NCBI GenBank assembly: GCA_041650895.1
Contig: JBAZKF010000001.1
Coordinates: 145,685 to 209,684 of the forward strand
Length of the DNA: 64,000 nucleotides
Direction of reading: 5' to 3'
Source of the DNA: Patescibacteria group bacterium
Lineage (GTDB): Bacteria; Patescibacteriota; Patescibacteriia; 2-01-FULL-39-33
The position numbers were made by a program, and so were the translations under genes. Each line of letters starts with the position of its first letter. Within the stretch, counting starts at the first letter, position 1. The notes beneath the pieces were generated by a model. That model had not been told where the DNA came from. It did no database searches and saw only the letters and a list, made by a program, of their open reading frames with translations. Shown piece after piece: positions 1-8,620 of this stretch.

Positions 1-2108
1 CGCAGTTTGACTTTGCTCCCAATCTCCGGCGGCAAGCCTTCAGCTTCTGCCGGCTCAGTGATTCTCCGAGCGACCAAACAACAGATTTCCTCAAACTCGG
101 CTTCGGTCATCTCGCCGGAGTCAACCAGCGCCTTGAGCTCGTCAAAGCTCATATACTGGCGATCGGGCAACTCAAAACGAGCATCCTCCAAAGTCAAAAC
201 CAACGAACACGAAATACTGTTAGATTCCCAACGCCAATTGTAACGTTGGATCTTCGCGCAATGCGGAGCATGGCGCACGACTATCTGCGGGTCACTGATG
301 ATCGTCGCCATAGTCAGGAGCTTCAATATCTTTGGGAGGTCGAACCGTCCTTTCACGGTGAGGTCGACCGGTTCCCCGACCACTAATTGGCCGGACGACG
401 AACTCGAGATGACCGAACGGTTGCTCAACTGCCTCTGTTCAAACCCATACATGGGATAACTTTCTCGGCCAGTGCTGACTTTGGCGCTAAGACCATCAGA
501 AACCATGTGAAGCTTGTCCAACATGCCGCTAACCACCAGCTCGGCCATTAGGTCATCGTTAATGTCGGGAGATTTGTTCTGTCCCCTGTCATCAGCCGAC
601 AGATATTGCAGTTTGCGCTCTATCTCTTGAACGCGCCGATAATGCTTCAAAGACAGTCCATGGTCAGAGAACGTCTGTGGATCCTTCCGTAAACCGTCTG
701 CGAAACAGCAATAATGATATTGCGCAACCGCGTCAGAAATCCCGACGTAAGGCGGCAACTTTATCCAGCTATCCTTGACCCGCGACTGGATTCCGCCCAC
801 CTCCCTACAAGCAACAATACGACGCATGGCCGGCAACTGGCCGACTTTCTTTGCCAACACTAATGATTTTGCTGAGTTCACAGAAACCGGCCACCGGGAT
901 ATTAATTCACCCAGCGACGACGCCGTGCCATCAGCCATTACTGCTCCCAGAATTCGCAGAGTCCGATAAGACTCGGCCATAGCAGATCTGTTCGGCTGAT
1001 GGAAGAATTCCAACTCCATCACATTAATACCATGGCAGGCCAGGCGTAGGATGAGTTGATCCAGACGAACCCGCTCAATCTCCGCCTTGGGAAAATCTTC
1101 TTGGTCCTCCCAACCGCTATAACAATTGATATATACCCCTTCCGAGTCCCTACCGGCTCGTCCCCTGCGTTGATCGACTTGAGCCTTGGAAATACGGCGT
1201 AGATAAAGCCCCTCTACGCCATCCTTGGTTTCGATGCGCTTTTCCAATTGCGTATCAAGTACCCCGTTAATTCCGGGTACTGTGACCCCGGATTCAGCTA
1301 TATTAGTGGTTACGATAATTTTCGGTTTGCCGTAATCCACAAAAACCAAATCTTGTTCCTCCGGGGGCAAGTCCCCATGGAGGGGTAGAATTACCGCATC
1401 AGTATCAACGCCCATTTGGCGCAATCGATCAATACAATCATAAACTTCCCTTTTACCGGGCTGGAACAACTTGATAGTGCGGCCCTCCTTGACTAACAGT
1501 GCCGCTTCTTCTTCAATTGACCCTGTTGTCATGGGACGATCCACTACCGGAAACAACCTGCCTTCAACGCTCAATACGGGCGCATTGTCAAAATATTCCG
1601 ACAAGCGCTCAGCTTCAAGCGTTGCTGACATAATGACCAAACGAAAATTAGCTCCTTCCTTCAGGCGCTTTTTGGCCCAGGCCACCAAGGCCTCGGTCTC
1701 CACGCCCCACTCATGGACCTCGTCAATAATCAAGACTTCCGGTTGCCAGTCAAAGACGATCTCACGAATCGACTCCGCTCCATCAGTGCTATACAGCAAT
1801 CTGGTATCTGCGGAGCAATTCCGTTCAAATCCGGTACGGTAACCAATTTCCCCGCCTAACTTGCAACCATTCTGTCGCGCCACATAACACGCGACCGAAC
1901 GAGCAAGGAAACGCCGTGGCACAGTGCATACCACTTTGAATCCGGCCCGCCAAAACATTGGCGGTATTAAGGTGGTTTTACCGGAGCCGGTCTTCGCCGT
2001 AATAATAACCACCGGGTTATCCAAAACCAACTCAGTAATCTCTGCTTCACGAGCCGCGACCGGCAGGGTTGATGGATTAACTAAAGAGATCAATATCTTA
2101 TCCTCCAT
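1..2108 (-). CDS. ATP-dependent DEAH-box helicase, HrpA/HrpB-like (C-terminus lies beyond the left edge; not in the ORF track)
   Basis: Manual minus-strand translation from ATG at 2108 (TGA in frame just upstream). It gives MEDKILISLVNPSTLPVAAREAEITELVLDNPVVIITAKTGSGKTT (Walker A), IIDEVHEW (DEAH box), IMSATLEAERL (motif III), TNIAESGVTVPGI (motif V) and QRRGRAGR (motif VI). The frame is open to position 1. Confidence 0.8.
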   Translation of the reverse strand, partial: MEDKILISLVNPSTLPVAAREAEITELVLDNPVVIITAKTGSGKTTLIPPMFWRAGFKVVCTVPRRFLARSVACYVARQNGCKLGGEIGYRTGFERNCSADTRLLYSTDGAESIREIVFDWQPEVLIIDEVHEWGVETEALVAWAKKRLKEGANFRLVIMSATLEAERLSEYFDNAPVLSVEGRLFPVVDRPMTTGSIEEEAALLVKEGRTIKLFQPGKREVYDCIDRLRQMGVDTDAVILPLHGDLPPEEQDLVFVDYGKPKIIVTTNIAESGVTVPGINGVLDTQLEKRIETKDGVEGLYLRRISKAQVDQRRGRAGRDSEGVYINCYSGWEDQEDFPKAEIERVRLDQLILRLACHGINVMELEFFHQPNRSAMAESYRTLRILGAVMADGTASSLGELISRWPVSVNSAKSLVLAKKVGQLPAMRRIVACREVGGIQSRVKDSWIKLPPYVGISDAVAQYHYCCFADGLRKDPQTFSDHGLSLKHYRRVQEIERKLQYLSADDRGQNKSPDINDDLMAELVVSGMLDKLHMVSDGLSAKVSTGRESYPMYGFEQRQLSNRSVISSSSSGQLVVGEPVDLTVKGRFDLPKILKLLTMATIISDPQIVVRHAPHCAKIQRYNWRWESNSISCSLVLTLEDARFELPDRQYMSFDELKALVDSGEMTEAEFEEICCLVARRITEPAEAEGLPPEIGSKVKL

Positions 2109-2313
2109 TAATCATGAGAGAAATTTGAGTTCTCTCCGACAATGGAGAGAACGACCGTTGGGCCGTCAAATTTTATCTCCCTACTTTAAAGTATTCAATT
2201 TTTAGGTACGCCGCTAACTTTTAAGTTGAGCGGTTAACTCTGACTTTAACCGTCTATACATCCGATTAAAAACAGGCAAAAACCGTTCAAATTAGACATA
2301 AATTCAATATGTA

Positions 2314-2342
2314 ATTATATCACACATTAATTATTTTGTCAA
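2314..2342 (-). promoter_or_regulatory. sigma70-type promoter reading toward the helicase gene (minus strand: TTGACA, 17 bp, TGATATAAT extended -10)
   Basis: Reverse complement of 2314-2342 reads TTGACAAAATAATTAATGTGTGATATAAT, with -35 at 2337-2342 and -10 at 2314-2319. This is in the AT-rich divergent intergenic region between the helicase and murA. Confidence 0.5.
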
Positions 2343-2487
2343 GATAGTTATCCACAATATAAAACATGACTTCTGGTGTATGGTTTATAATATCTAAATT
2401 TAGATAAAAAAATATGATAATTTAGCCAATATATTTGCTTTAAATGCTCAATAATGTTATTATTAAACTAATAAATACTTATTTTAT

Positions 2488-3741
2488 ATGGAAAAATACA
2501 TCATCGAAGGCGGGCATAGATTGTCCGGCGAAATTAGCGTCCCCGGCGCCAAGAATCAAGTAGGCAAAATGCTGGCCGCCAGCATCCTCTCCTCCGAACC
2601 ATGCGAGCTGACTAATGTACCGGCGATTGAAGACGTAACGCACATGCTGGAGCTTTTGGAAGATATCGGCGCCAAAATTGAACGGAGCGAAGGCCGCCTA
2701 ATAATTGATCCGTCAGGCGTCAATAAATCAGAACCGTCGGCCGAGCTGGTCAAACGTCTCAGATCTTCGGTTATGCTGGCCGGGCCGCTTCTGGCGCGCT
2801 TCGGCAAAGTGACCATGGCGCATCCCGGAGGCTGCGTCATTGGCAAACGTCCGATTGATATGTTTCTTGCCGGCTTCAAAGCTTTAGGAGCCAAAATTGA
2901 AGAAAACGAAAACCACTACACCCTACACGCCAAAAAATTAATCGGTGCTAAAATCGTCATGCCTTGGATAGCTGTTACCGCCACTGAGTCACTGATGATG
3001 ACTGCAACTTTAGCTGAAGGCGTCACGCAAATCATTAACGCGGCCATGGAACCGGAAATCCCGGCTTTGGCTGATTACCTTAATTCCTGCGGCGCCAAAA
3101 TCACCGGCGCCGGCACGCCAGTTATCACAATTGAAGGTGTAAAAAAAATCAGCGGCGGCAAATGCCAACTAATCCCCGACCGCATTGAAGCGGGAACTTT
3201 CGTCATCATGGGACTTCTGACTGGCAGTGAAATTACAATCACTAATTGCGAGCCCAAGCACTTGGACGTGGTTCTAGCCACACTGGAAAAAGCCGGAGCC
3301 AAATTGGATGTGGGAGAAAATTACATCAAAACCAAACGCAGCAAAGTAAAAGCGGTGGAATTACGCACCCATGAGTATCCGGGTTTTCCTACCGACCTGC
3401 AAGCGCCTTTTACCGTGCTTATGACTCAAGGCGAAGGATTATCTTTGATCCATGAAGTAATTTATGAAGGCCGGCTGTTTTATACCGACAAGCTTAATGC
3501 CATGGGAGCTAACATTATTATGTGCGACCCTCATCGAGTAATTGTCTCCGGGCCGACAACTTTACACGGCAAAAAACTGGAATCGCCTGACCTGCGCGCC
3601 GGTATGGCCTTAGTCTTAGCCGGCCTTGCCGCCCAAGGGAAAACTACGATTGACAATATTTATCAAGTTGAACGAGGCTATCAGGATCCGATCGGCCGCC
3701 TGCGGGCATTAGGCGCCAAAATTGAAAAAATCAAGGAGTAA
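2488..3741 (+). CDS. murA: UDP-N-acetylglucosamine 1-carboxyvinyltransferase
   Basis: 417 aa. The N-terminus MEKYIIEGGHRLSGEISVPGAKNQ...NVPAIEDV...LELLEDIGAKI matches the MurA/EPSP-synthase fold N-terminus, and the length is typical. Confidence 0.93.
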   Translation: MEKYIIEGGHRLSGEISVPGAKNQVGKMLAASILSSEPCELTNVPAIEDVTHMLELLEDIGAKIERSEGRLIIDPSGVNKSEPSAELVKRLRSSVMLAGPLLARFGKVTMAHPGGCVIGKRPIDMFLAGFKALGAKIEENENHYTLHAKKLIGAKIVMPWIAVTATESLMMTATLAEGVTQIINAAMEPEIPALADYLNSCGAKITGAGTPVITIEGVKKISGGKCQLIPDRIEAGTFVIMGLLTGSEITITNCEPKHLDVVLATLEKAGAKLDVGENYIKTKRSKVKAVELRTHEYPGFPTDLQAPFTVLMTQGEGLSLIHEVIYEGRLFYTDKLNAMGANIIMCDPHRVIVSGPTTLHGKKLESPDLRAGMALVLAGLAAQGKTTIDNIYQVERGYQDPIGRLRALGAKIEKIKE

Positions 3742-3742
3742 T

Positions 3743-5071
3743 ATGACCTTATTATATCGTCGTATAACTTACATTTCCTTCATTATAATTTTCCTGATTA
3801 TTACGCCTCTTATCATCGCCTATACGGCCGGTTATCGTTATAATTTCAGCAAAGGCCGGGTGCAAAAAACCGGCATCCTGCGCATTACTTCTATTCCTCG
3901 TGGCGCCAACATCTACCTGAATAGCCAAATACAAAACACACAGACTCCGGCCAAAATCCAATATCTGATGCCGGGTGATTACGAGATTAAACTAACCAAA
4001 GAGGGATATTTTGATTGGCAAAAAAAACTGCCGATTACAGAAAATAATACCACCTTCGCTGAAAAAATAATCCTCTGGAAAAAACCAGCGGCAAAAAAAT
4101 TAAACGCCACCACCAGCGTCTCCTCTTGGCTTATTTCACCCGATAAAAACATTATCGCCTTCAGCCAGCTGGACGGATCTATTGGTATTATTGACGTCAA
4201 TTCCGGCTTATTCGGCGAGCTATCAGGCGGTTCACTGGAAATAATCACTAAAATTTCTGATTACGGCGAAGTTAAGTTAATCAGCTACTCCCCAACCGGC
4301 CGTTATCTGATCGCTGAAAGTGGTAAAAGCAACGCTAAAACCTATTTCCTCATCGACGCTTTTTTAAAAAAATACGATAAATTGCCGATAAAAAACTATT
4401 CTGCCATTAAATGGGACAGAAACTCCGACACGCTTTATGCCAACGATAAAACAAGTTTGTGGCAAATTAATGTTTCCAACTCAACAGCCAAACAATTATT
4501 AAAAAGCTTTACCGGCGATTTTTATTTTGATAATCAAAACTTTTACATCTTTAAAAATTCCATTTTAAGCCGAGGCACTCTGACTAATGCTAATATCAGC
4601 GATATAGCAGCTATCACCTGCGATGCTTGCCGAATTGAAACGATTAAAGGCAACCGCCTGTATCTTTTTAACCGGCTCAGCGGCGACTTGCGTATTATTG
4701 ATTTATCCGGCAAAACCAAATCCGCCAGCCTGAAAGCCAAGTCTTTTGATTTTCTAGCTAATAATTCAGCTTTGATTTATAATGATTTTGAACTATCAAT
4801 TTATAACAGCGCCAAAGATGAACCAGAACTTATCACCCGGCTGGGCCAGCCTATTTCCGCCGCCGCCTGGCACCCAACCGGACGCTATATTTTCTTTGTT
4901 ACTGAAGGACAATTAAAAGTCATTGAATTGGATAACCGCGAATTGCGCAATATCATTACTATAATTGACGCCCCTGCTGATTTCATCCAATTGGATCGTG
5001 CCGGCAATAATGTTTATTTCAGCGGGTTAATAGACAAACAGGAAGGCATTTACAAACTGGACATCCAATAA
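3743..5071 (+). CDS. membrane-anchored PEGA-domain protein with C-terminal beta-propeller-like region
   Basis: Start moved to ATG 3743, preceded by AGGAG; the track start at 3722 is a TTG inside the murA end. There is an N-terminal TM helix, then a PEGA-like segment (GILRITSIPRGANIYLNSQ...PGDYEIKLTKEGYFDW), then repeated beta-strand-rich segments. Confidence 0.6.
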   Translation: MTLLYRRITYISFIIIFLIITPLIIAYTAGYRYNFSKGRVQKTGILRITSIPRGANIYLNSQIQNTQTPAKIQYLMPGDYEIKLTKEGYFDWQKKLPITENNTTFAEKIILWKKPAAKKLNATTSVSSWLISPDKNIIAFSQLDGSIGIIDVNSGLFGELSGGSLEIITKISDYGEVKLISYSPTGRYLIAESGKSNAKTYFLIDAFLKKYDKLPIKNYSAIKWDRNSDTLYANDKTSLWQINVSNSTAKQLLKSFTGDFYFDNQNFYIFKNSILSRGTLTNANISDIAAITCDACRIETIKGNRLYLFNRLSGDLRIIDLSGKTKSASLKAKSFDFLANNSALIYNDFELSIYNSAKDEPELITRLGQPISAAAWHPTGRYIFFVTEGQLKVIELDNRELRNIITIIDAPADFIQLDRAGNNVYFSGLIDKQEGIYKLDIQ

Positions 5072-5101
5072 TCCCTAAAATCATAAGGCAAATTAATAAT
5101 A

Positions 5102-5135
5102 AACCGCCACTATTGACAAATGGCGGTTTTTGAGT
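5102..5135 (+). terminator. rho-independent terminator after the PEGA-domain gene
   Basis: AACCGCCA ctattgacaaa TGGCGGTT followed by TTTTTGAG. A 7-8 bp GC-rich stem with a T-tract. Confidence 0.6.
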
Positions 5136-5136
5136 T

Positions 5137-5158
5137 ATCATAGAACAATCATAGAACT
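5137..5158 (+). repeat. tandem 11-bp direct repeat (ATCATAGAACA / ATCATAGAACT)
   Basis: Two exact 10-bp copies with one-helical-turn spacing, between the terminator and the dCMP deaminase RBS (AAGGAG at 5204-5209). Confidence 0.4.
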
Positions 5159-5218
5159 TTAAAAACAATAAAAAATTGTCTCGGTCAGTGCCTCGACCAA
5201 ACAAGAAGGAGAACCCAG

Positions 5219-5806
5219 ATGGATTCATCGCCAGAATTAGTGGAAGAAATAAAAAGATTCAGAGTGGGATTTGCTTATCTAATGGATGTTATGTATTCAT
5301 GTGCGGCGAAGAGCAATGATCCGGACACGCATATCGGAGCAGTTATAGTTCGACCCGAGTTTAATAAAACTGTTTTAACGGCCGATTTGCGTAGAAGCAT
5401 AGTTTCCACCGGCTGTAATCATTTTCCTCGCAACATAAAAATTACTCCGGCAATGCTGGAGCGCCCGGAAAAACACCTTTGGACTGTTCATGCCGAAACT
5501 GATGCTATTTGTTGCGCCGCCCGTTACGGCGGATCTTTACAGGGTTGCCACCTTTTTACCAATGGCCTGCCCTGCTCCGAATGCGCCAAAGTGATTGTTG
5601 AGAGTGGCATCGCTTCAATTTATATTGACCGAGGCTGGGAATCATTCGGTGATCCCGGTTTCCAGAAGACCTGGGCGGAAAAATTTAGGGTCAGTAGAAT
5701 CATGCTTGATGCGGCCAATATTCCGGTTATTCCTATCCCTTACCTCCATAACATCTGCAGTGAAGTACGAAGAGTGCCACGCTTCAAGCGCGGCCAATGG
5801 TTTTAA
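5219..5806 (+). CDS. dCMP/CMP deaminase (cytidine/deoxycytidylate deaminase zinc-binding family)
   Basis: HAETDAI ... PCSECAKVI gives the H(A)E ... PCxxC zinc-binding signature. AAGGAG RBS 9 nt upstream of the ATG. Confidence 0.8.
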   Translation: MDSSPELVEEIKRFRVGFAYLMDVMYSCAAKSNDPDTHIGAVIVRPEFNKTVLTADLRRSIVSTGCNHFPRNIKITPAMLERPEKHLWTVHAETDAICCAARYGGSLQGCHLFTNGLPCSECAKVIVESGIASIYIDRGWESFGDPGFQKTWAEKFRVSRIMLDAANIPVIPIPYLHNICSEVRRVPRFKRGQWF

Positions 5807-5843
5807 AAGGATCAATGATCTTAAACCGATAAAGGAAAATACC

Positions 5844-6269
5844 ATGAGAAAATTACTCTTGATAGAATTTGACAAAGAAGCCAGATCGGCGCTAGGACGA
5901 ACACTTGGCGATGCCGGCTACATCGTACACGCCAGCGATATGTCGCGAGCTGAGCTGGGAACAGCCAGGGAAGCGTTACTCGGAGATAAGTTTGACGCCA
6001 TCGTTATTGAGCCGGAAATGCCCTTGGATGAATTGGCTAAGGGCCCGGAAGCGTTGAGCGGGATAAAACTCTTAGCAAAATGGCGAGAACAAGGTCTGAC
6101 CCTGCCACCGATAGTCGCCTTGACCTGGCGCAATTACAGTTATTTTTTTGGCGACGAGAAACTATACCAACACGGCATTGGTTGCGTGGTGGATAAGATT
6201 GGCGGTTCAGATTCATTGCTTAATGCGCTTGAATGCCTGTGGGAGAAAGAAGAAGAGGAATTTGATTGA
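5844..6269 (+). CDS. stand-alone CheY-like receiver domain protein, atypical (Glu at the phospho-acceptor position)
   Basis: Start placed at ATG 5844 after AAAGGAAAAT; the longer track ORF overlaps the deaminase in another frame. LLLIEFD (beta1 acidic pair), AIVIEPEMP (position of the conserved Asp occupied by Glu), IVALTW (conserved Thr), VVDK (conserved Lys). Acidic tail EKEEEEFD. No output domain. Confidence 0.65.
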   Translation: MRKLLLIEFDKEARSALGRTLGDAGYIVHASDMSRAELGTAREALLGDKFDAIVIEPEMPLDELAKGPEALSGIKLLAKWREQGLTLPPIVALTWRNYSYFFGDEKLYQHGIGCVVDKIGGSDSLLNALECLWEKEEEEFD

Positions 6270-6275
6270 ACAAAA

Positions 6276-6310
6276 CAACGCCCCCTATTAAGGGAGCGTT
6301 TTAATTTTGC
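6276..6310. terminator. bidirectional terminator between convergent genes
   Basis: AACGCCCCCT atta AGGGAGCGTT hairpin flanked by A-rich sequence on the 5' side and TTTTAATTTT on the 3' side. It lies between the receiver gene (+) and the HIT gene (-). Confidence 0.6.
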
Positions 6311-6312
6311 CT

Positions 6313-6720
6313 TTAAGTTATTTGCGTTTTAATTTTCTCCGCTAATTCCTGTTGCCGGCCTGGTTCATATTCTTTACCCGGCCAGAGCTTGAGGCCATCA
6401 CCCTCAGACCGGGGCACAATATGAAAATGCACATGGCCGACAACCTGACCTGATGCCCCGCCATTATTAAGCATCAAATTGAAAGCATTGGTTCCGGTGG
6501 CGGATAGAACCGCCGGCGCAATCTTCTGCGCCAAACCCAAAAGCTGGCAAGCGTCATCAGCCGGCAAATCCAGCAAAGTTTCATAATGGGCCTTAGGAAT
6601 GATCAAGGTGTGACCCGGGTTGACCGGCGCAATATCCAAAAAAGCCAAAAACTTATCATCCTCATAAACTTTGGCTGAGGGGATTTCTCCGGCAATGATT
6701 TTACAAAAGATACAGTCCAT
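6313..6720 (-). CDS. HIT-family (histidine triad) nucleotide hydrolase
   Basis: HVHFHIVPR histidine-triad motif; N-terminus MDCIFCKII; about 135 aa, typical of HinT. Confidence 0.9.
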   Translation of the reverse strand: MDCIFCKIIAGEIPSAKVYEDDKFLAFLDIAPVNPGHTLIIPKAHYETLLDLPADDACQLLGLAQKIAPAVLSATGTNAFNLMLNNGGASGQVVGHVHFHIVPRSEGDGLKLWPGKEYEPGRQQELAEKIKTQIT

Positions 6721-6757
6721 ATGGTTTGATTATAAATTAAAAATAACAAGTTAATGA

Positions 6758-8620
6758 TTATTTGCTGCAAATAATATTATTAGTTGTCTCCTGAAACTCC
6801 TTGGCAGAGACAGCTTCCAAAGACAAAATTATCGGCAAAGACTCTTTGATGCATGGCCTTTCGGGCAAGTCCTTTATTTCTTGCCAGACAACTTGCGCTT
6901 TCTGCCAATCGGCATCGGTTATCACCAAGTCCATGACCGGCCCGGAATAGTAGTTGGCCACAATCAACAAGGAAAGAATAACCACGGCTAATTCCGCCTG
7001 ATGGCGCCTTTTAATAGCCGAGATGATCAACTGGCAAAACAATAAAAGCAAAGGCAGAATGGCAAAAAGCGTCAAACGACGCGCCAAGGAGTGCTCGCCC
7101 GATAAAAATCCCCAGCTAATAAAGTAAGCGCCGAGAGTGATCAGAGAAAAATAAGAGACTAAGCGCCACGCCGCGTCATTGCGTTGCCAGGCGACAATCA
7201 AGGAAACCAAATAAACTAAGATAAAAATTGTAGCCACGGCTAAATCAAAGATTTTGGGCATCAAACCCCACTGCGGCCATAACTTCAAACCGGAATTAAA
7301 ATACCATAAATTGCCGGCGGTCCAGGCCTGATATAAACCGCCTAAATGAAAACTGACTTGCCGGCTGGAAACAAAATCCAGAGCTACCAATCCTATTATC
7401 GCCAACAAAGCCACGATTGCCGACCAATCGCGTTTTCTGGCAGTCAATGTTAATAAACCAAAAATTATCAGCAAAATAAAGGCCAACGAATAATTAAAAT
7501 AATTAAGTGCCGTAAAAGCCAAGGCCAATAAGGCCATTTTATTATTCGGGCGCCTCAAATAGGCCAGCCAAAGCATGACGCCGAAAGCAAAATTGAGCAA
7601 CCCCCAACTTGCCGGCAAACCCTGTCCGCCATAATACTGCCATAAATAAAAACCGGAACTTAAAACGGCTGCCAGCAGGGCAAACTGCCGATTAGGGTAT
7701 AATAACGAAGCAATAACAAAAATAATTAACGGCAAAAATAAAGACCAAAGAAACGGTAAAAGAAAACGATTGAGCTGAAACACATCAATTGAAGTTATCT
7801 TGGAAACAACAGCCTCCAGCGACCATTGGGCGCCATAAGACAACTTGGCCGGATCCGCTAAGGCTTGCGGAACTTTTATTCCACTAACAGCAACGTACCA
7901 GACATCACCGGCCAATAATGTCGGCTGATATTCCAAACCCGATAATAAGCGGTATTCCGATCCAAGATGACGGAAACGATCACCACCAAAACCATTCGGA
8001 TAAACCAATAAATAAGAATGGATTAATAAAGAAAAAATAATAACGGAAAATAATGCCACCGCCAAAGATATGCGACTCTGCGACAAATATAGGGCAGCCA
8101 AAGAGCAGACAAAAACGATTACTAAAAACAACGGACTGAGAGTTTGCCAGGGACTGACTAATCCACTGCTATTTATACCAGCAAAAACAAAATAACCGCC
8201 GATAACAGCCAAGACCAATAGGATAGCGGCATAACCGAAATAAGCGGGCAAAAACGGCTCGCTCGAGTAACTTCCGGCGCCGCAGGCAGGCAATTTAGCA
8301 TAATAAAAATACAAAACAACAATAAAGACTAAAGAGATGATGAAAGCGGCAATAATGAAAATGTTAGAAAAAGACAACCAAGCCGTGAAAATATTAGTTA
8401 CCAACGACAAAATAGCCAAACTAAAAAAAATCCCCAACGCCATGGCCAATTGCCTATTGACGGGCAGGATTCTCAAAAGGACTCTACCTGCGAAGTAAGT
8501 TGAGATAAATAACCAGACAAAGGATAAAATAAGATAGAGAATCATAAATAACAAATCATAAATATCAAATACCGAATAATTCTTTGGCATTTTTGGTTGT
8601 GGCTTCGGCCACTTCGCCAT
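6758..8620 (-). CDS. large polytopic membrane protein, unknown function (possibly a GT-C-like glycosyltransferase)
   Basis: 620 aa and overwhelmingly hydrophobic, with at least 12 predicted TM segments. AAAGGA RBS before the ATG at 8620. No recognisable catalytic motif. Confidence 0.5.
   Translation of the reverse strand: MAKWPKPQPKMPKNYSVFDIYDLLFMILYLILSFVWLFISTYFAGRVLLRILPVNRQLAMALGIFFSLAILSLVTNIFTAWLSFSNIFIIAAFIISLVFIVVLYFYYAKLPACGAGSYSSEPFLPAYFGYAAILLVLAVIGGYFVFAGINSSGLVSPWQTLSPLFLVIVFVCSLAALYLSQSRISLAVALFSVIIFSLLIHSYLLVYPNGFGGDRFRHLGSEYRLLSGLEYQPTLLAGDVWYVAVSGIKVPQALADPAKLSYGAQWSLEAVVSKITSIDVFQLNRFLLPFLWSLFLPLIIFVIASLLYPNRQFALLAAVLSSGFYLWQYYGGQGLPASWGLLNFAFGVMLWLAYLRRPNNKMALLALAFTALNYFNYSLAFILLIIFGLLTLTARKRDWSAIVALLAIIGLVALDFVSSRQVSFHLGGLYQAWTAGNLWYFNSGLKLWPQWGLMPKIFDLAVATIFILVYLVSLIVAWQRNDAAWRLVSYFSLITLGAYFISWGFLSGEHSLARRLTLFAILPLLLLFCQLIISAIKRRHQAELAVVILSLLIVANYYSGPVMDLVITDADWQKAQVVWQEIKDLPERPCIKESLPIILSLEAVSAKEFQETTNNIICSK

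Noticed and set aside
2346-2354. Perfect DnaA-box nonamer TTATCCACA (and a one-mismatch copy at 16211-16219)
   Set aside because: Only two isolated boxes and no dnaA/dnaN genes or clustered boxes with an AT-rich unwinding element, so it is not a credible replication origin. The sequence is better explained as the conserved upstream part of the duplicated promoter module described in the findings.
2556-2894. Antisense ORFs listed in the track inside murA, the helicase, metG, and the rSAM and GT genes (for example 2556..2894, 3075..3302, 10490..10705, 29631..29942, 44299..44631, 58028..58405)
   Set aside because: They lie entirely within, and antisense to, long well-supported CDSs with recognisable motifs. 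They have no RBS or motif support, and their composition mirrors the sense gene. They are treated as spurious.
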